Positions 50,226 through 63,428 of a stretch of DNA of 64,000 nucleotides are shown in pieces; position 1 is the stretch's first letter; every line of letters starts with the position of its first letter. The DNA lies in assembly GCA_030390025.1 (NCBI GenBank), contig CM059432.1, positions 137,022,001-137,086,000 of the forward strand, read 5' to 3'. Source of the stretch: Squalus acanthias (lineage: Eukaryota). The notes under the pieces were generated by a model. The model had not been told where the DNA came from. It ran no database searches and was given only the letters and a program-made list of their open reading frames with translations. A program made the translations under genes and the position numbers.

Positions 50226-52676
50226 TGTTGCTTATTCACTCGGTCTCTCCTCCTGGCTGAACAAGTTTGTTCAGACAAAGTGGGCTTCAGCAGTGCTGAA
50301 GATGTCTGTAAGCATCAGAGGATGAAGTTAATGAGCTTGAGAAGGTAGCGGCAGGTGAGTCACAGGGCGCAGGTGAGTCTGGTCAAGTGATGATGCAGGA
50401 GGGGGAGCAGGAACCTGCTGCCCAGTGGTCACATCAACGATCCCCTTACTTTGGTATAAGCAACAATGCTGTGAGATTGAGCATCCATGCCTGGTCCTGT
50501 TGCTATTCAATGGGAAAGGTGCTGAAAATGCATTAAGAACATAAGAACATAAGAAATAGCAGCAGGAGTTGGCCATTCGGCCCTTCGAGCCTGCTCCGCC
50601 ATTCAACAAGGTCATGGCTGATCTTCTACCTCAACTCCACCCTCCCACACTATCCCCACATCCCTTGGTTTCTAGGACATTAGGTTCTACCCGATCCCCC
50701 AGCCTTTAAACACCAATTCCACCTGCTGGAAAACATACTCCACAGCCAATAAATTGCCCTGTTTAGCCAAAAATGTTACAAAGAGAACTCTCGCTTCAGT
50801 TATCGGTGTGTCTCCATCACCCTTTGTTACTCTGTGCTAGAGCTTGATGTATCTGGGAGCAGGCATTAGGGGTATTTTATTATCTTGATGCTCCTGGCTG
50901 GGAGCCTCAGCTACCAGAAGCATACCTTGGAAACATGGGTGCACACTTTCATTTTGGTCCAGCACGCACCCAATATGCACTTAGAGTAGATGAGGCTTCC
51001 ACACCGCGGGTGCTTAGTCATAACATTTACCCCCCGCGTTTGTGCAGTGCCCCTCCTACTCTGATGTGATATTCAACTTGAATGATACCGTGACTGGGAA
51101 TTACCGCTCCCCATCCACTGTGCCAAATGCGCAATGTCACTAAAGTGGACGTTCGCGCGACTGTACGGCAAAACAGAAGTTCCAGTTCTGAGGCCGATGA
51201 TTTTCCCCTTGAGGCTGAAAATGCTTTGCTTTCAGAGGAAGTACGCAGGATTTCACAAAATCAACCCGCGACTCTGGAATATTCCACGTCTCTGGAGTTC
51301 CACTGGTACTGCATGTTGAACACACTCAGTTTACAGAACTTATTGAACGCTACATATTATTGTCTAAATTAGCTCCCCCAGCTTTTATAGGTAGTCTACA
51401 TATAACTCCTTTCTCCCTCTCCTTGGAGGTACACCAATTAGCATCCATGATTAAGCACCCTTTGGTAATATTGGCAGCCTCCTTCTATGTGCGTTGTACA
51501 TCACCGTGCCCTTACATTCATTATTATCACTCTTATTGCTATCTTGACGAATGCATTCATTTGCTGGTCTATTAGCCAAAATTGTACCATATACTATTTT
51601 TGGGGAGGGTTAATCTTTTAGTAGAGTTTACAGGCCCAAATCTTTGTAGAAGAAGAAAATAAAACAGATTTAAGGCTAGACTAGCACACCAAAAATCTAG
51701 GGTTTTGTTTTGGTGCTGAATAGAACTATATTTAGATCATAGCACTTTAGATCATAGCTTCAATAGTGAATCAGCTTCATACAGCAAGTAACAGTCGTGC
51801 TTACTTATTAATAGAGGATCATCACTCCTCATGCATATTTTATTAAACACTCTTAGCCTTCTGACAAGATTACTAAATTATAAAATATTTGCAATACATG
51901 TTATAAATGACTTTAACAATTAATGATTAAATGCCCCCTAATAACGGTGGAAGAATGCAATTCTTAAAATAAATGAAAACCCATCGCTTAAAATTTAACC
52001 ATCAGTCCTTGATCAAACCCTATAATTACTACAGGTTAAGCAGGCCATTTATTAACCAGGTCCTTGTCTATTCCCCTGGGAATGTGGTTTTTTTCTCCTT
52101 CCTTACTGGAAAAGTCAATGCGCACATTTTCTTCAAAAGTTCATTACTGTTCAATATTGTAAAGTTAGTATATAATTCAGCTGATAGATTAAATTTTTTT
52201 GACTGATTCTATTTCTGTGCAAGTGCTAAACCCAAGGTGGTCCACGTTAATGAGGGGCATAACACTTGTTTAAGGACCTCCCTCAGCAAAATTCTTCAAC
52301 ACCATGCACGGTTTTCAGACTTTCGAGGGCTCGCCGCGGCCTAACCAGTGGCTGCTAACAAAAAGGTATGTTTTTGATACTTAACTCACCTTCCTGTGGA
52401 ACCAGGAGGAGCAGGAATGCTTCTTCCAGCTCTGCGGCACTCTGAATGCCGCTGCCTGGCCCACGATCACCCCCACAGCCAACCAACGCCACCCCCCCCG
52501 CCCCCTCGCCAACCCCTGCCACTGTTCTCCGGCAGCCAGCCCAAATCGGAGGCCAGTAGGCCAGCGAGCTACCTCTGCAGGCTCCGCAGTGTGCCGATGA
52601 GGCCCAAGGCCCAATAGCAATCGAGCCTCGTTACTCCAGAATCCGGTGGGCTCGGAGCATGTCGAGCACTTTGGGC

Positions 52677-53052
52677 TAGTATTGCCAACTCTGGTTGGAC
52701 GTCTTCCTGGAGGTTTCATCACATGACCTCCTGCCTCCAACCACCCCGCCCCCACATTCCCGCCATTAGTCGCCCGACACGTCCATACTCGTGATGCCCT
52801 GCCTTCCTATGGCCAAATGGAAAGCGAAAGACTCTTCAATACCCAATTGGATGATTGTTGACTCTCAGTCAAACAGCCTTTTGTTCCCATCTTCAATATG
52901 TTTGTAGTTAATAAGCAAAAATGTTCAAAGAAAATGATTTTTTTTTTTAATGACCCTATGATTTTTCTCCTGGTTTGCCCGCAGCAGTGTCCTGGAGATT
53001 AATCTTCAATTCCTGGAGACTCCAGGTCAATTCTGGAGGGTTGGCATCCCTA
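52677..53052. mobile_element. hAT-like MITE
   Basis: TIR TAGTATTGCCAAC / GTTGGCATCCCTA; 8-bp flanks CTTTGGGC / TTGTGGGC (6/8). Confidence 0.7.
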
Positions 53053-54439
53053 TTGTGGGCCCAAAAATAGGTCCAAACCAATATTCCAGCCATTGTGTAT
53101 GTACCTACTCTTTGTGAGAGCATTCCAGCATATCCCAGCTATATGATTGTGACCTGTGCTTGAGGTTTTAAATACTCCATTTGGTTTGTGATCATACAAA
53201 TACAAGACTAACTAAGACTAACTAAATTCTTCCAAAGGAAGATTAAAGCCATAAAATAGCCCAATTGCCAGCCATGAGGATTTCAGAGATTAATAAGAAA
53301 TGTAACTATTTTCAGTAATTCTTAGATACAAAGTATAAATCCAACATAAGGGCTTCTTTTCACTTAGCTCAAGACCCTTGATTATATCACATTGGAAACA
53401 GTAAAGGCTGGCCAAATCATGCCCTTTATCCAATCATTCCTATTAAGCAAACAGCATTACAAGTATGTATACTAATGATCCCATTCAGCAGCAACATATC
53501 CCACAACAGTACAACATCTAACGCCATTAAACCAGTAGTTGGCAAGATGGTGCCAAACTGTCACATTCAGCTTCTGAGTCTATTGTACGGCAATAATTGA
53601 ACTGTGCAGAGGTGTGGCAGTGATTGTCAATGCTGGAAGCTTTGTACTGGTGGGTTTAGGCAAGCAGAGTTCCTGTCCAAGGAGCATATATGGAATGCAA
53701 TATTCTAACCGAATCCCACCATAACGTCACTGGGAGCCCACAGGAACAACTGGACACCAGGGCAGGTCCCAGAACCGTCCAGATCTTGACCTAAAGCACT
53801 AATGTACGGGACGGCCTTGTGGGATGGAGCCTCTGTCTGCCCCATAAAGAACCATTGACGTAGGGCGCGGGGGTGAAGGGAAGGCCGAGCGCTCCAGACT
53901 TTAGAGGTTATGCTCCCCAGGTCATCACAGGTGCACCACCTGGGTGAGACGAGGCGTGCCAAAGATTTGGCCATCCAATTTTTAACAAAAGATTTTAAAG
54001 TGGCTCTGTTGGTAATGGGGGCTGTGGGGGCACCTACATATGTGTATCTACCAGGGGGCAGGGGGAACTGGGATCACACCCACATCCACCCTACGATCCA
54101 GGACTCTTTGGCTGGACTTTCAGGCTGCTTTGGCGTGGGGCTACCCCAGATGCGCCCCGAGTAAATGTGACCCACTGAACTTTTCCGGAGTCAACAGCAG
54201 AAGTTCGGTTGCACGCATCCCAGCACTTGTGCCAAAATGCACCACTCAGTAGGTTTGTAGAGCCCATATGCCTGCCCATTAGAATACTAGGGAATTTAAT
54301 CTCTACTCTATAACATTGCAAGGGAGCTCACTCCAATTGTTCAGTGGTAAATGTACTGCCCGGTGTGGAGCTAAACCATATAGGGTAGGCAGACGAGCAT
54401 TTCGCACTGGCCTATGGGACCCCAGACAAAAATATGGGT

Positions 54440-54860
54440 GAAAGAAAGACTTGAATTTCTACAGCGCCTTTCACAACCTCAGGACGTCCCAAAGCGCTTT
54501 AACGCCAGTGTAGTAATGTAGGTAACACAGTAGCCAATTTGTGCACAGCAAGGTCCCTCAAACAACAACGTGATAATGAGCAGATAATCTGTTTTAGTGA
54601 TGTTGGTTGGGAGATAAATATTGGCCAGGACACCGGGGAGAACTCCCCCCTGCTCTTCTTCGAAAGAGTGCCACGGTATCTATTTACGTCCACCTGAGAG
54701 GGGCAGACGGGGTCTCAGTTTCCTCAGACAGTGCAGCACACCCTCAGTACTGCACCAGGAGCATCCACCTAGATATTGTGCTCAAGTCTCTGTAACAGGG
54801 CTTGAACCCACAACCTTCTAACATCAGAGGGATGAGTGCAATCCGCTGAGCCACAGCTAA
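54440..54860 (-). mobile_element. DeuSINE
   Basis: Head, core and tail as in the other copies. Confidence 0.85.
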
Positions 54861-55127
54861 CACCACAAAGTTAATCTGTCTGGCAGTTACGTTAACTGTA
54901 ATGCACGCTCGGCAGTGACTGGAATTTGAGCACCGGGGGGATGTGAGGGAGACCAGAGTTACCTGAGTGGACTGGTCACACCTGCGCCAAGCGTTTGGAA
55001 CGCGATCCCAACGACAGGAAGACAAGGTTGGCGTCCAGAGAAGGGTGGGGAGATGCAGCCGAAGAAACCTTTGAGCAGAGCGGAAAGGGCATTTCTCTTC
55101 CAGCTAGCAGCTCTTCACAAGGTCCGG

Positions 55128-55405
55128 TTGGAAATCTGAAATAAAAACAGAAAATGCTGGAAATACTCAGCAGGTCAGGCAGCATCTGCGGAGAGAGAAA
55201 CACAGAGTTAACGTTTCAGGTCGGTGACCCTTCGTCAGAACTGGAAAAAGTTGGAGATGGATCAGGTTTTTAAGCAAGTGTAGAGGCGGGGGAAGGGGGG
55301 AGGGGAGGGAAGAACAAAAGGGAAGGTCTGTGATAGGATGGAAGGCAGGAGAGATTAAGAGACAAAAGGGATGATGGTGCAAGGCAAAAGGAGATGGTAA
55401 TGGGT
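55128..55405 (-). mobile_element. Penelope-like terminal fragment (longest copy)
   Basis: Reverse complement of the 1755/33295 family with extra upstream pyrimidine-rich sequence. Confidence 0.7.
55206..55242 (-). ncRNA. Minimal type I hammerhead ribozyme motif
   Basis: AGUU-CUGACGA-A-GGGUC-ACC-GACCU-GAAAC-GUU-AACU: stem I AGUU/AACU, 5-bp stem II, palindromic ACGU stem III. Confidence 0.75.
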
Positions 55406-56228
55406 TGGATACCTTTGTGTTATCTTTGTGTTTTAATGAACGGGGAGATTGTGCGGGAGCTACAGGGTGGGTGAGTGCACTTGGTGCTCCGTGGCCCCAA
55501 CGAATTCTTAATGGGGCTCCAAGAGCAGGAAGCTGCCACCTTCGCTCTCCAGTGCGCGTTGAGTCCTCTGATCTCAGCCAGGGTGATCTCAGGATTAGGG
55601 AGCCAGAGGGGTGGGGGGGTGGGGTGGAGGGGGGGGAAAGAATCAGCGAGTTTGCACTTCTGATTACTATTCAGTGTTCCTTTTAGAAAATGCATGTGTG
55701 TATTGATGAGGCAAAATTGGGGTCCGCTGTGAATCCTTCATCAGAGGAACGAGTCCCACCAACACTGTCTAGGCGCACACATGAAGAATGTCTAATTGAT
55801 TGAGGTACCAGCTGTCAGCTGGCACTTGAAGAAATGCATTCAAGCGTGAGTTGGTACCTTCAACCAGAGGCCAGAAAATAGGAGAAAATAAGAAAAATAG
55901 ATTACACGAGATGAAATGCACAACCCCTCCTCCCTCATGAACTATCAGAGAGAGGAATTATTCCACCCCCAATTGCTGAATGGGTACCGATGGAGCGCAG
56001 TTATCCATCGCTAGACAATTAGACATATAACCTCATTATCCCCACTCCAACAGACTGCCAAGAATGGGGACCATACCCCATTCATAAAGGCAGGTTGCTG
56101 GAATTAAATACAGCATACCTCTCTATATGCCATTTCAATTCACAAACTCAGATCATTTTCCCCAAGAAAAATAACCAGGCACAGAATTGAACCAACTAGG
56201 TTAACATTACCAAGGAATTAGACACCAC

Positions 56229-58124
56229 GGAGTAGAGTTTCCACTTTGGGCGCAATTAGCAATATGGGCGCAAATTGCGCTCAAAATTGCGCTAGTTTTC
56301 TGAATTGGAGCTTCCGCTCAAAGTAATTTGCATAATCACAAACAGTCTTCCGTGAACCAGCGCAATCAAGCAGCGTTTTAGAACATAATTGTTTATTTTT
56401 TCCCGTGCATTAATAAATATTCTTTGATATATTTAAGAGTGGTAACCTGGTACAATATTATTAATACAGCTGAAAATGGGTTAATCACAATAAATAATCA
56501 TTTTTAATAAGAGTGTCCAGTCCACCACCTGTGAATAACCCGATTTTAAAGAACTGAAAATGAATTAAAAAAACTATACAGAACCAGTTACTAGGTGAGG
56601 TGAGAGTGACTGCCCTTGACATCAAGGCAGCATTTGACCGAGTGTGGCATCAAGGAGCACAAGTAAAATTTAAGTCAATGGGAATCAGGGGGAAAACTCT
56701 CCACTGGCTGGAGTCATACCTAGCACAAAGTAAGATGATTGTGGTTGTTGGAGGCCAATCATCTCAGCCCCAGGATATCACTGCAGGAGTTCCTCAGCGA
56801 AGTCCTAGGCCCAACCATCTTCAGCTGCTTCATCAATGACCTTCCCTCCATCATAATGTCAGAAGTGTGGATGTTCGCTGATGATTACACAGTGTTCCGT
56901 TTAATTCGCAACTCCTCAGATAATGAAGCAGTCCATGCCTGCATGCAGCAAGACCTGGATGAAATTCAGGTTTGGGCTGATAAGTGGCAAGTAACATTCG
57001 CGCCACACAAGTGCCAGGCAATGACCATCTCCAACAAGAGAGAGTCTAACCACTGCCTCTTGACACTCAATGACATTACCATTGCCAAATCCCCCACCAT
57101 CAACATCCAGGGGGTTACCATTGATCAGAAACTTAACTGGGCCAGTTACATAAATACTGTGGCTACAAGAGCAGGTCAAAGGCTGGGTATTCTGCAGCGA
57201 GTGACTCACCTCCTGACTCTCCCACCATCTACAAAGCACAAGTCAGGAGTCTGATGGAATACTCCCAAATTGCCTGGATGAGTGCAGCTCCAACAACACT
57301 CAAGAAGCTCGACACCATCCAAGATAAAGCAGCCCGCTTGATTGGCACCCCATCTACCACCTCAAACATTCACTCCCTCCACCACTGGTGCACCGTGGCT
57401 GCAGTGTATACCATCTACAAGATACACAGCAGCAACTCGCCAAGGCTTTTTCGACAGCACCTCCCAAACCCGTGACCTCTGCCACCTAAAAGGACAAGGG
57501 CAGCAGGCGCTTGGGAACACCACCACCTGCAAGTTCCCCCCCAAGTCACACACCATCCTGACTTAGAAATATATCGCCAATCCTTCATCGTCGCTGGGTC
57601 AAAATCCTGGAACTCCCTCCCGAACAGCACTGTGGGAGCACCTTCACCACACGGACTGCAGCGGTTCAAGAAGGCGGCTCACCACCACCTTCTCAAGGGC
57701 AACTAGGGATGGGCAATAAATGCTGGCCTTGCCAGCGACGCCCAGATCCCGTGAACAAATTAAAAAAATAATAATTTCATTGGTGTACCCTAGTCAGTTT
57801 CTTAGTAAATTAAATAATTTTTAATATTTAAATTTTTTTTAAAGGTTTTTAAAAGGTTAACAAAGCTTAATTTTAGAGCCTCCTCGAAGGCCCGCAAATG
57901 GGTGCAATTAGCAGAAACTCACCATGGTGATTAATTCGATCAGGGGACGTGAGCAGTTTTGTGGGCGGGGCCGGATTCCAGCCCGGTGTTTTTTAACCCA
58001 GCGCAACTCGATTTGTACTGAACGTAAGTTGCGTTTAAAATTCCACGATCCTTTGCACTGGCTTGGCCGATTTCAGGGAAATTGCGCTGGAAAAACCAAC
58101 GCAGCCGAGTGGAATCCCTACCCC
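56229..58124. mobile_element. Harbinger-type non-autonomous element interrupted by CR1
   Basis: TIR GGAGTAGAGTTTCCACT / AGTGGAATCCCTACCCC; sister of the element flanking the Harbinger at 36280-36524 and 41707-41837; TSD unresolved. Confidence 0.75.
56593..57770 (+). mobile_element. 5'-truncated CR1 family B LINE
   Basis: LDIKAAFDRVWH, GVPQ, FINDLP, MFADD RT motifs with frameshifts; complete 3' tail. Confidence 0.92.
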
Positions 58125-58719
58125 ACAGCTTTCTGTTAGACTGCCATGAAACAGATTGACATGACAACAATTTTTGTTTAAGATAAACTCCGTTTTCATG
58201 TTCTGGTCTCCAAGAGCCACATCTCAACTGCGACCAAGAGGGCCGGTCTACTCCTAGGTCTTCAGCAATGTCATTCTGAATTTCTCCATCGCCGCCCCTG
58301 GTTTTGTTGCTACAATATGAACAACAGCCCCAGGGTTGACTCACCTGCTGATAATTCGTTCTTCCTCTCCTGCCACCTCCCACAGTAACGCAGTTAACAT
58401 CAGAATCAGAAAAGAGCTGGAGACCGAGCCTGCACCTTCGGATACATGACTCAGAGCGTTGCTGCCGTGCTACCTGATTAATCATAATAATTGTTTCCAA
58501 AATTAAGGAAGCATAGACTACGCTTCTTTCTAGCCACACTCAGGGACAAAGGAGGAGATGTGTAAATTACTTTTGACGTACAATTGCAAAACATGTTGTC
58601 ACACATGCACAGAGAAACTTTAAGGTTGGCAAACCGTCCCACTGTACAGTCATAATACAATTTGCTCAACAGAATGGGTGATTCAGAGTATAAATAATTA
58701 AAACAGAACACTATTATCA

Positions 58720-59110
58720 GATTTAAAATGGTCACCCTTGCATTCAAATCCCTCCACGGCCTCGCCCCCTCCCTATCTCTGTAACCTCCTCCAGCCCTAT
58801 ATCCCTCCAAGATCTCTGTGTTCCTCCAATTCTGGCTTCTTGTGCATGCCCGATTTTCATCGCTCCACCATTGGCAACCGTGCCTTCAGCTGCCTCAGCC
58901 CTAAGCTCTGGAATTCCCTCCTTAAACGGCTCTGCCTCTCGACCATTCTCTCCTCCTTTAAGACACGCCTTAAAACCTGTCTCTTTGACCAAGCTGTCCT
59001 AATATCTCCTTATGTGGCTCAGTGTCAAAATTTGTCTGATAATCGCTCCTGTGAAATGCCTTGGGACATTTTTACTACATTAAAGGCGCTATATAAATGC
59101 AAGCTGTTGT
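58720..59110 (+). mobile_element. L2 3' end
   Basis: PYLCNLLQPY...RAFSCLSPKLWNSL. Confidence 0.88.
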
Positions 59111-59689
59111 TCCATAAAATATCAAAATTTAGTCCCAACTGAGATTCAGGAAAAACATTTCTGTACAACTTTGAAGCTTTGGGGAATTTTTAAAATACAC
59201 ATATATGAAACATATTCTGTATCAGCCGTAAAGTAGTCAGTCAATAAAATGTTAAAAAAAAAGGAGAAGCACTTTATTTCAAAGAAGTGTTAAGGCAGTT
59301 ATGTTGGTGCTAAGACAGACACATCAAACATGCTGTGAGGTTCTGCTCTATCCATCCAATGCCACCATTAGTCAGTGAGTGAATCCCTATCTTAAAGCCA
59401 CAGGGAAGATCCTATTCTGTGGTTAGAGAAGCCACAAACCGCAGTGTCACTAAATGCCAAGGCCTATCTGCAGGTCAAGGTCAGTGCATCGAGTTATGTC
59501 TTGAGTCAGGGAGGGGAAAGACCACAGAATTCTGAGCAGCAGTCTCCACTTCTGCTGTTTCAACGCAAGCAACGAGTGTTGCAAAGGGGTGGCAAATGAA
59601 AAAAAATGACCTGGTCAAGGTCAATAGCAATAAAAAAAATTGCAAGACTTATCAGTGATCACACTTAGAGTTACAGGGAGGATAGAGAG

Positions 59690-60505
59690 GCAACACAACA
59701 ACAACAACTTGCATTTATATAGCACTTTTAACGTAGTAAAACGTCCCACGGTGTGTTATCAAACAGAATTTGACGTACGAAAGGAGATATTAGGACAGCT
59801 GACCAAAAGCTTGGACAAAGAGATAGGTTTTAAGGAGCATCTTAAAGGGGGAGAGAGAGCTAGAGAGGGGAGGGGGAGAGGTTTAGGGAGAAAAGCTCAG
59901 GGCCTAGACAGGTGAAGGCACGGCCTCTAACGGTGGGGCGATGAAAATTGGGGATGCGCAAGAGGCCAGAATTGGAGGAGCGCGGAGATCTCAAAGACTT
60001 GTAGCGAAGGTGCAACAGAGATTTACAAGGGTGATACCAGAACTGAGAGGTTATACTTATCAGGAAAGACTAAACAGTCTGTGACTCTTATCTGTGGAAA
60101 AGAGAAGGCTGAGGGGTGACCTGATAGAGGTCTTTAAAATTATGAAGGGGTTCGATAGGGTAGACGTAGAGATGTTTCCACTTGTGGGGAAGTCCAAAAC
60201 TAGGAAATATAAATATAAGATAGTCATTAATAAATCTAATAAGGAATTCAGGAGAGATTTCTTTACCCAGAGAGTGATTCGAATGTGGAACTCGCTACCA
60301 CAGGGAGTAGTTGAGGCGAATAGCATAGATACATTTAAGGTGAGTCTAGATAAGTACATGAGGGAGAAAGGAATAAAAGCCTATGCTGATAGGGTGAGAT
60401 GAAGTAAGTTGGGAAGTGTTTTGTGTGGAGCATAAACAGCGGCACGGACCAGTTGGGCCGAATGGTCTATTCCCGTGCTGTAAAATTCTATGTAATTCTA
60501 TGTAA
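59690..60505. mobile_element. L2 3' end (minus, 59690-60000) abutting a CR1 3' end (plus, 60005-60505)
   Basis: Homology to other copies; RRLRGDLIEVFKIMKG. Confidence 0.85.
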
Positions 60506-60799
60506 TGATTCAAAGCAGCTTATTTTGTCGTCTTCCAACTAAACTCTTATTTACTTTTCTATTACTCTCTTCAACTGCCAGTCTTTACAGAAAGCCAAAA
60601 GGCATCTGAACAGTAACCCAAATAAATAACAGAACAACAAATCACATCACATGAGTTATATTATTGTCATCAAAGTGATGAAATGTCAGCTATTTCACGG
60701 TAATTAACATTTCTCAGAGTTTTAGTAATATGCATGGGTTGGATAGTGACCACTGGGATGATACATTTAATTATATAGATACAATGGCTGTTAGACATT

Positions 60800-61870
60800 T
60801 GCCGCCCCTTTACAAATCTCATTGCTTGAACACTCTTAAAGTCTTTAAAAGGGTCTGGTACCTTGCATATCTAAACAACTTACCATCATATGGTCTCTCA
60901 TCAAAGCTATGTTTGTGGTTGTACAGTTTCCATCAAAAAGCTCTATCTGTGCTTTAGTAGATGGCTCATTCTTGGATTCTTATTCTTCAATTCTACGAAG
61001 GGACAGTTTCTTTCTGTCTCTTGCAAGTCTAACAGCTACCACCTCTGACCTCTGATGGCTTCACCCATAGTCCTTCTTCATCGATAGACATTCTTGGCCT
61101 CTATCACCTCGGGCCTCAGATGGCTTCACCCATAGTCCTTCTTCATCGATAGACATTCTTAGCCTCTTTCACCTCTGACCTCTGATGGCTTCACCCATAG
61201 TCCTTCTTCATCGATAGACATTCTTGGCCTCTATCACCTCGGGCCTCAGATGGCTTCACCCATAGTCCTTCTTCATCAATAGACATTCTTAGCCTCTTTC
61301 ACCTCTGACCTCTGATGGCTTCACCCATAGTCCTTCTTCATCGATAGACATTCTTGGCCTCTATCACCTCGGGCCTCAGATGGAACTCTCGCATCTCCTC
61401 CATTATTAAAGCTGCTACGAAAGAGTTTCCTCAAATAATTATTTTCCCCTCAACAACTTTTAACCCTCGATATAGCCCAAGTCTGTCCAAGACTGGAATA
61501 CTTCTCCCACATCTGGGGATGCTCTTCTAGCACCTCTCCCACATCGCAGGTGAGGATAAAGAAAAACTTGTCATTTGATTGCTGACCATTCTCTGACCTC
61601 TAGCACCAAACTCTCTTTCTGTTTCAACCTTCTTTGCGTCTCTCTGTTTTATTAATATTGCTGTGGTCAGTGCTCTTCTAAACTTTCCTCTTTTGTTCCT
61701 TCTAAATTCCAAATATGCCACCCAACATGTTCTTCCTGTTACCTTACTGTGTAGAAATCAAGACTTGTGCACAGTACCCTATTCTTACCTTATTCATTCT
61801 CAGGTCCGCAGGAAACTGTGGAACTCTTCAACCTTTCCTTTGTTCTACAGTTCTATAGGATTTAAAAACC
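60800..61870 (+). mobile_element. Old divergent CR1/Jockey-group LINE remnant
   Basis: KVFKRVWY..LNNLPSYG..LCLW; later AQVCPRLEYFSHIWG. Confidence 0.65.
61041..61383 (+). repeat. 65-bp tandem repeat, about 5.3 units, alternating A/B (130-bp period)
   Basis: ACCTCTGACC at 61041, 61171 and 61301; ACCTCGGGCC at 61106, 61236 and 61366. Confidence 0.95.
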
Positions 61871-61909
61871 AAGCTTACAATTTATATATTTTAAACTTGG
61901 CACCTAACC

Positions 61910-62200
61910 AGTGGACACAGATTTAAGATAATTGGCAAAAGAGTCAGAGATGAGATGAGGAGACATTTTTTAATGCAGCGAGCTGTGATGATCTGGAATG
62001 CACTGCCTGAAAGGGCGGTGGAAGCAGATTCAATAGTAACTTTCAAAAGGGAATTGGATAAATACTTGAAAAAGAAACAAATTGCAGGGCTATGGGGAAA
62101 GAGCAGGGGAAGTGAGACTAATTGGATAGCTCTTTCAAAGTGCCAGCACAGACACGATGGGCCGAATGGCCTCCTTCAGTGCTGAATGATTCTATGATTC
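61910..62200 (+). mobile_element. CR1 3' end
   Basis: MRRHFLMQRAVMIWNALP; (ATTCTATG)n tail. Confidence 0.8.
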
Positions 62201-62572
62201 TATGGTCTCTACTTCAATCATTCAATCAGTACATTGCACAGCCTCACAACCCTCTGTGTACAATAAGTTTCACTTGTCCTTTGTCCTAAATCTCTTGTAT
62301 TTAATTTTATATAAATCTGCCCTTGTTTTGGATCACTCCACCAATGGAATTCTATTTACCTTCTCCCATCCCTTCATTATTTTAAACAACTCGATTAAAT
62401 CCTCTCTGTTCTAATAAACAGCTCCAATTTTTTTAATTTTCTCTTTGTATTTACAGTTCTTCATTCCAGGCAGCTTCATAGTGAATCTGTGCTGTACCCT
62501 TTCTATTGCCTCAACATCCTTCCTATAGCCCACAATTGCACACAAAATTCCAACTGTGGTCTTACTGTGGTC

Positions 62573-63428
62573 TTAGACAAGTTGAGTGAGTGGGCAAATA
62601 CATGGCAGATGCAGCATAACGTGGATAAATGTGAAGTTATCCACTTCGGTAGGAAAAACAGAAAGGCAGAGTATTATTTAAACGGTGATAGATTGGGAAA
62701 TGTTGATGTACAAAGGGACCTGGGTGTCCTTGTGTACCAGTCACTGAAAGCAAACATGCAGGTGCAGCAAGCAGTTAGGAAGGCAAATGGTATGTTGGCT
62801 TTCATTGCAAGAGGATTTAAGTACAGGAGCAACGATGTCTTACTACAGTTATACAGGGCCTTGGTGAGACCACACTTAGAGTACTGTGTGCAGTTTTGGT
62901 CTCCTTACCTAAGAAAGGATATACTTGCCATAGAGGGAGTGCAGCGAAGGTTCACCAGACTGATTCCTGGGATGGCAGGACTGTCGTATGAGGAGAGATT
63001 GGGTCGACTAAGCCTGTATTCACTAGAGTTTAGAAGAATGAGAGGGGATCTCATTGAAACGTATAAAATTCTGACAGGGCTAGACAGACTGGATGCAGGG
63101 AGGATGTTTCCCCTGGCTGGGGGGCCTAGAACGAGGGGTCACAGTCTCAGGATACAGAGTAGGACATTTAGGACTGAGATGAGGAGAAATTTCTTCACTC
63201 AGAGGGTGGTGAACCTATGGAAATCTCTACCACAGAAAGCTGTGGAGGCCAAGTCACTGAATATATTTAAGAAGGAGATAGATAGATTTCTAGACACAAA
63301 AGGCATCAAGGGGTACGGGGAGAGAGCGGGAATATGGTATTGAGATAGAGGATCAGCCATGATCATATTGAATGGCGGAGCAGGCTCGAAGGGCCTACTC
63401 CTGCTCCTATTTTTCTACGTTCTATGTT
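62573..63428 (+). mobile_element. Young 5'-truncated CR1 (family A), uninterrupted ORF2 C-terminus to 63343
   Basis: WANTWQMQHNVDKC...LYRALVRPHLEYCVQFWSP...; inserted into an older minus-strand CR1. Confidence 0.93.

Noticed and set aside
57940..58539. 199-aa ORF as a single-exon gene
   Set aside because: Non-ATG start, runs into MITE sequence, no recognisable domain
61041..61383. CRISPR-like array
   Set aside because: No unique spacers, no cas genes, vertebrate context; plain tandem repeat
62489..63343. 284-aa host gene
   Set aside because: CR1 ORF2 C-terminus fused by chance to flanking sequence
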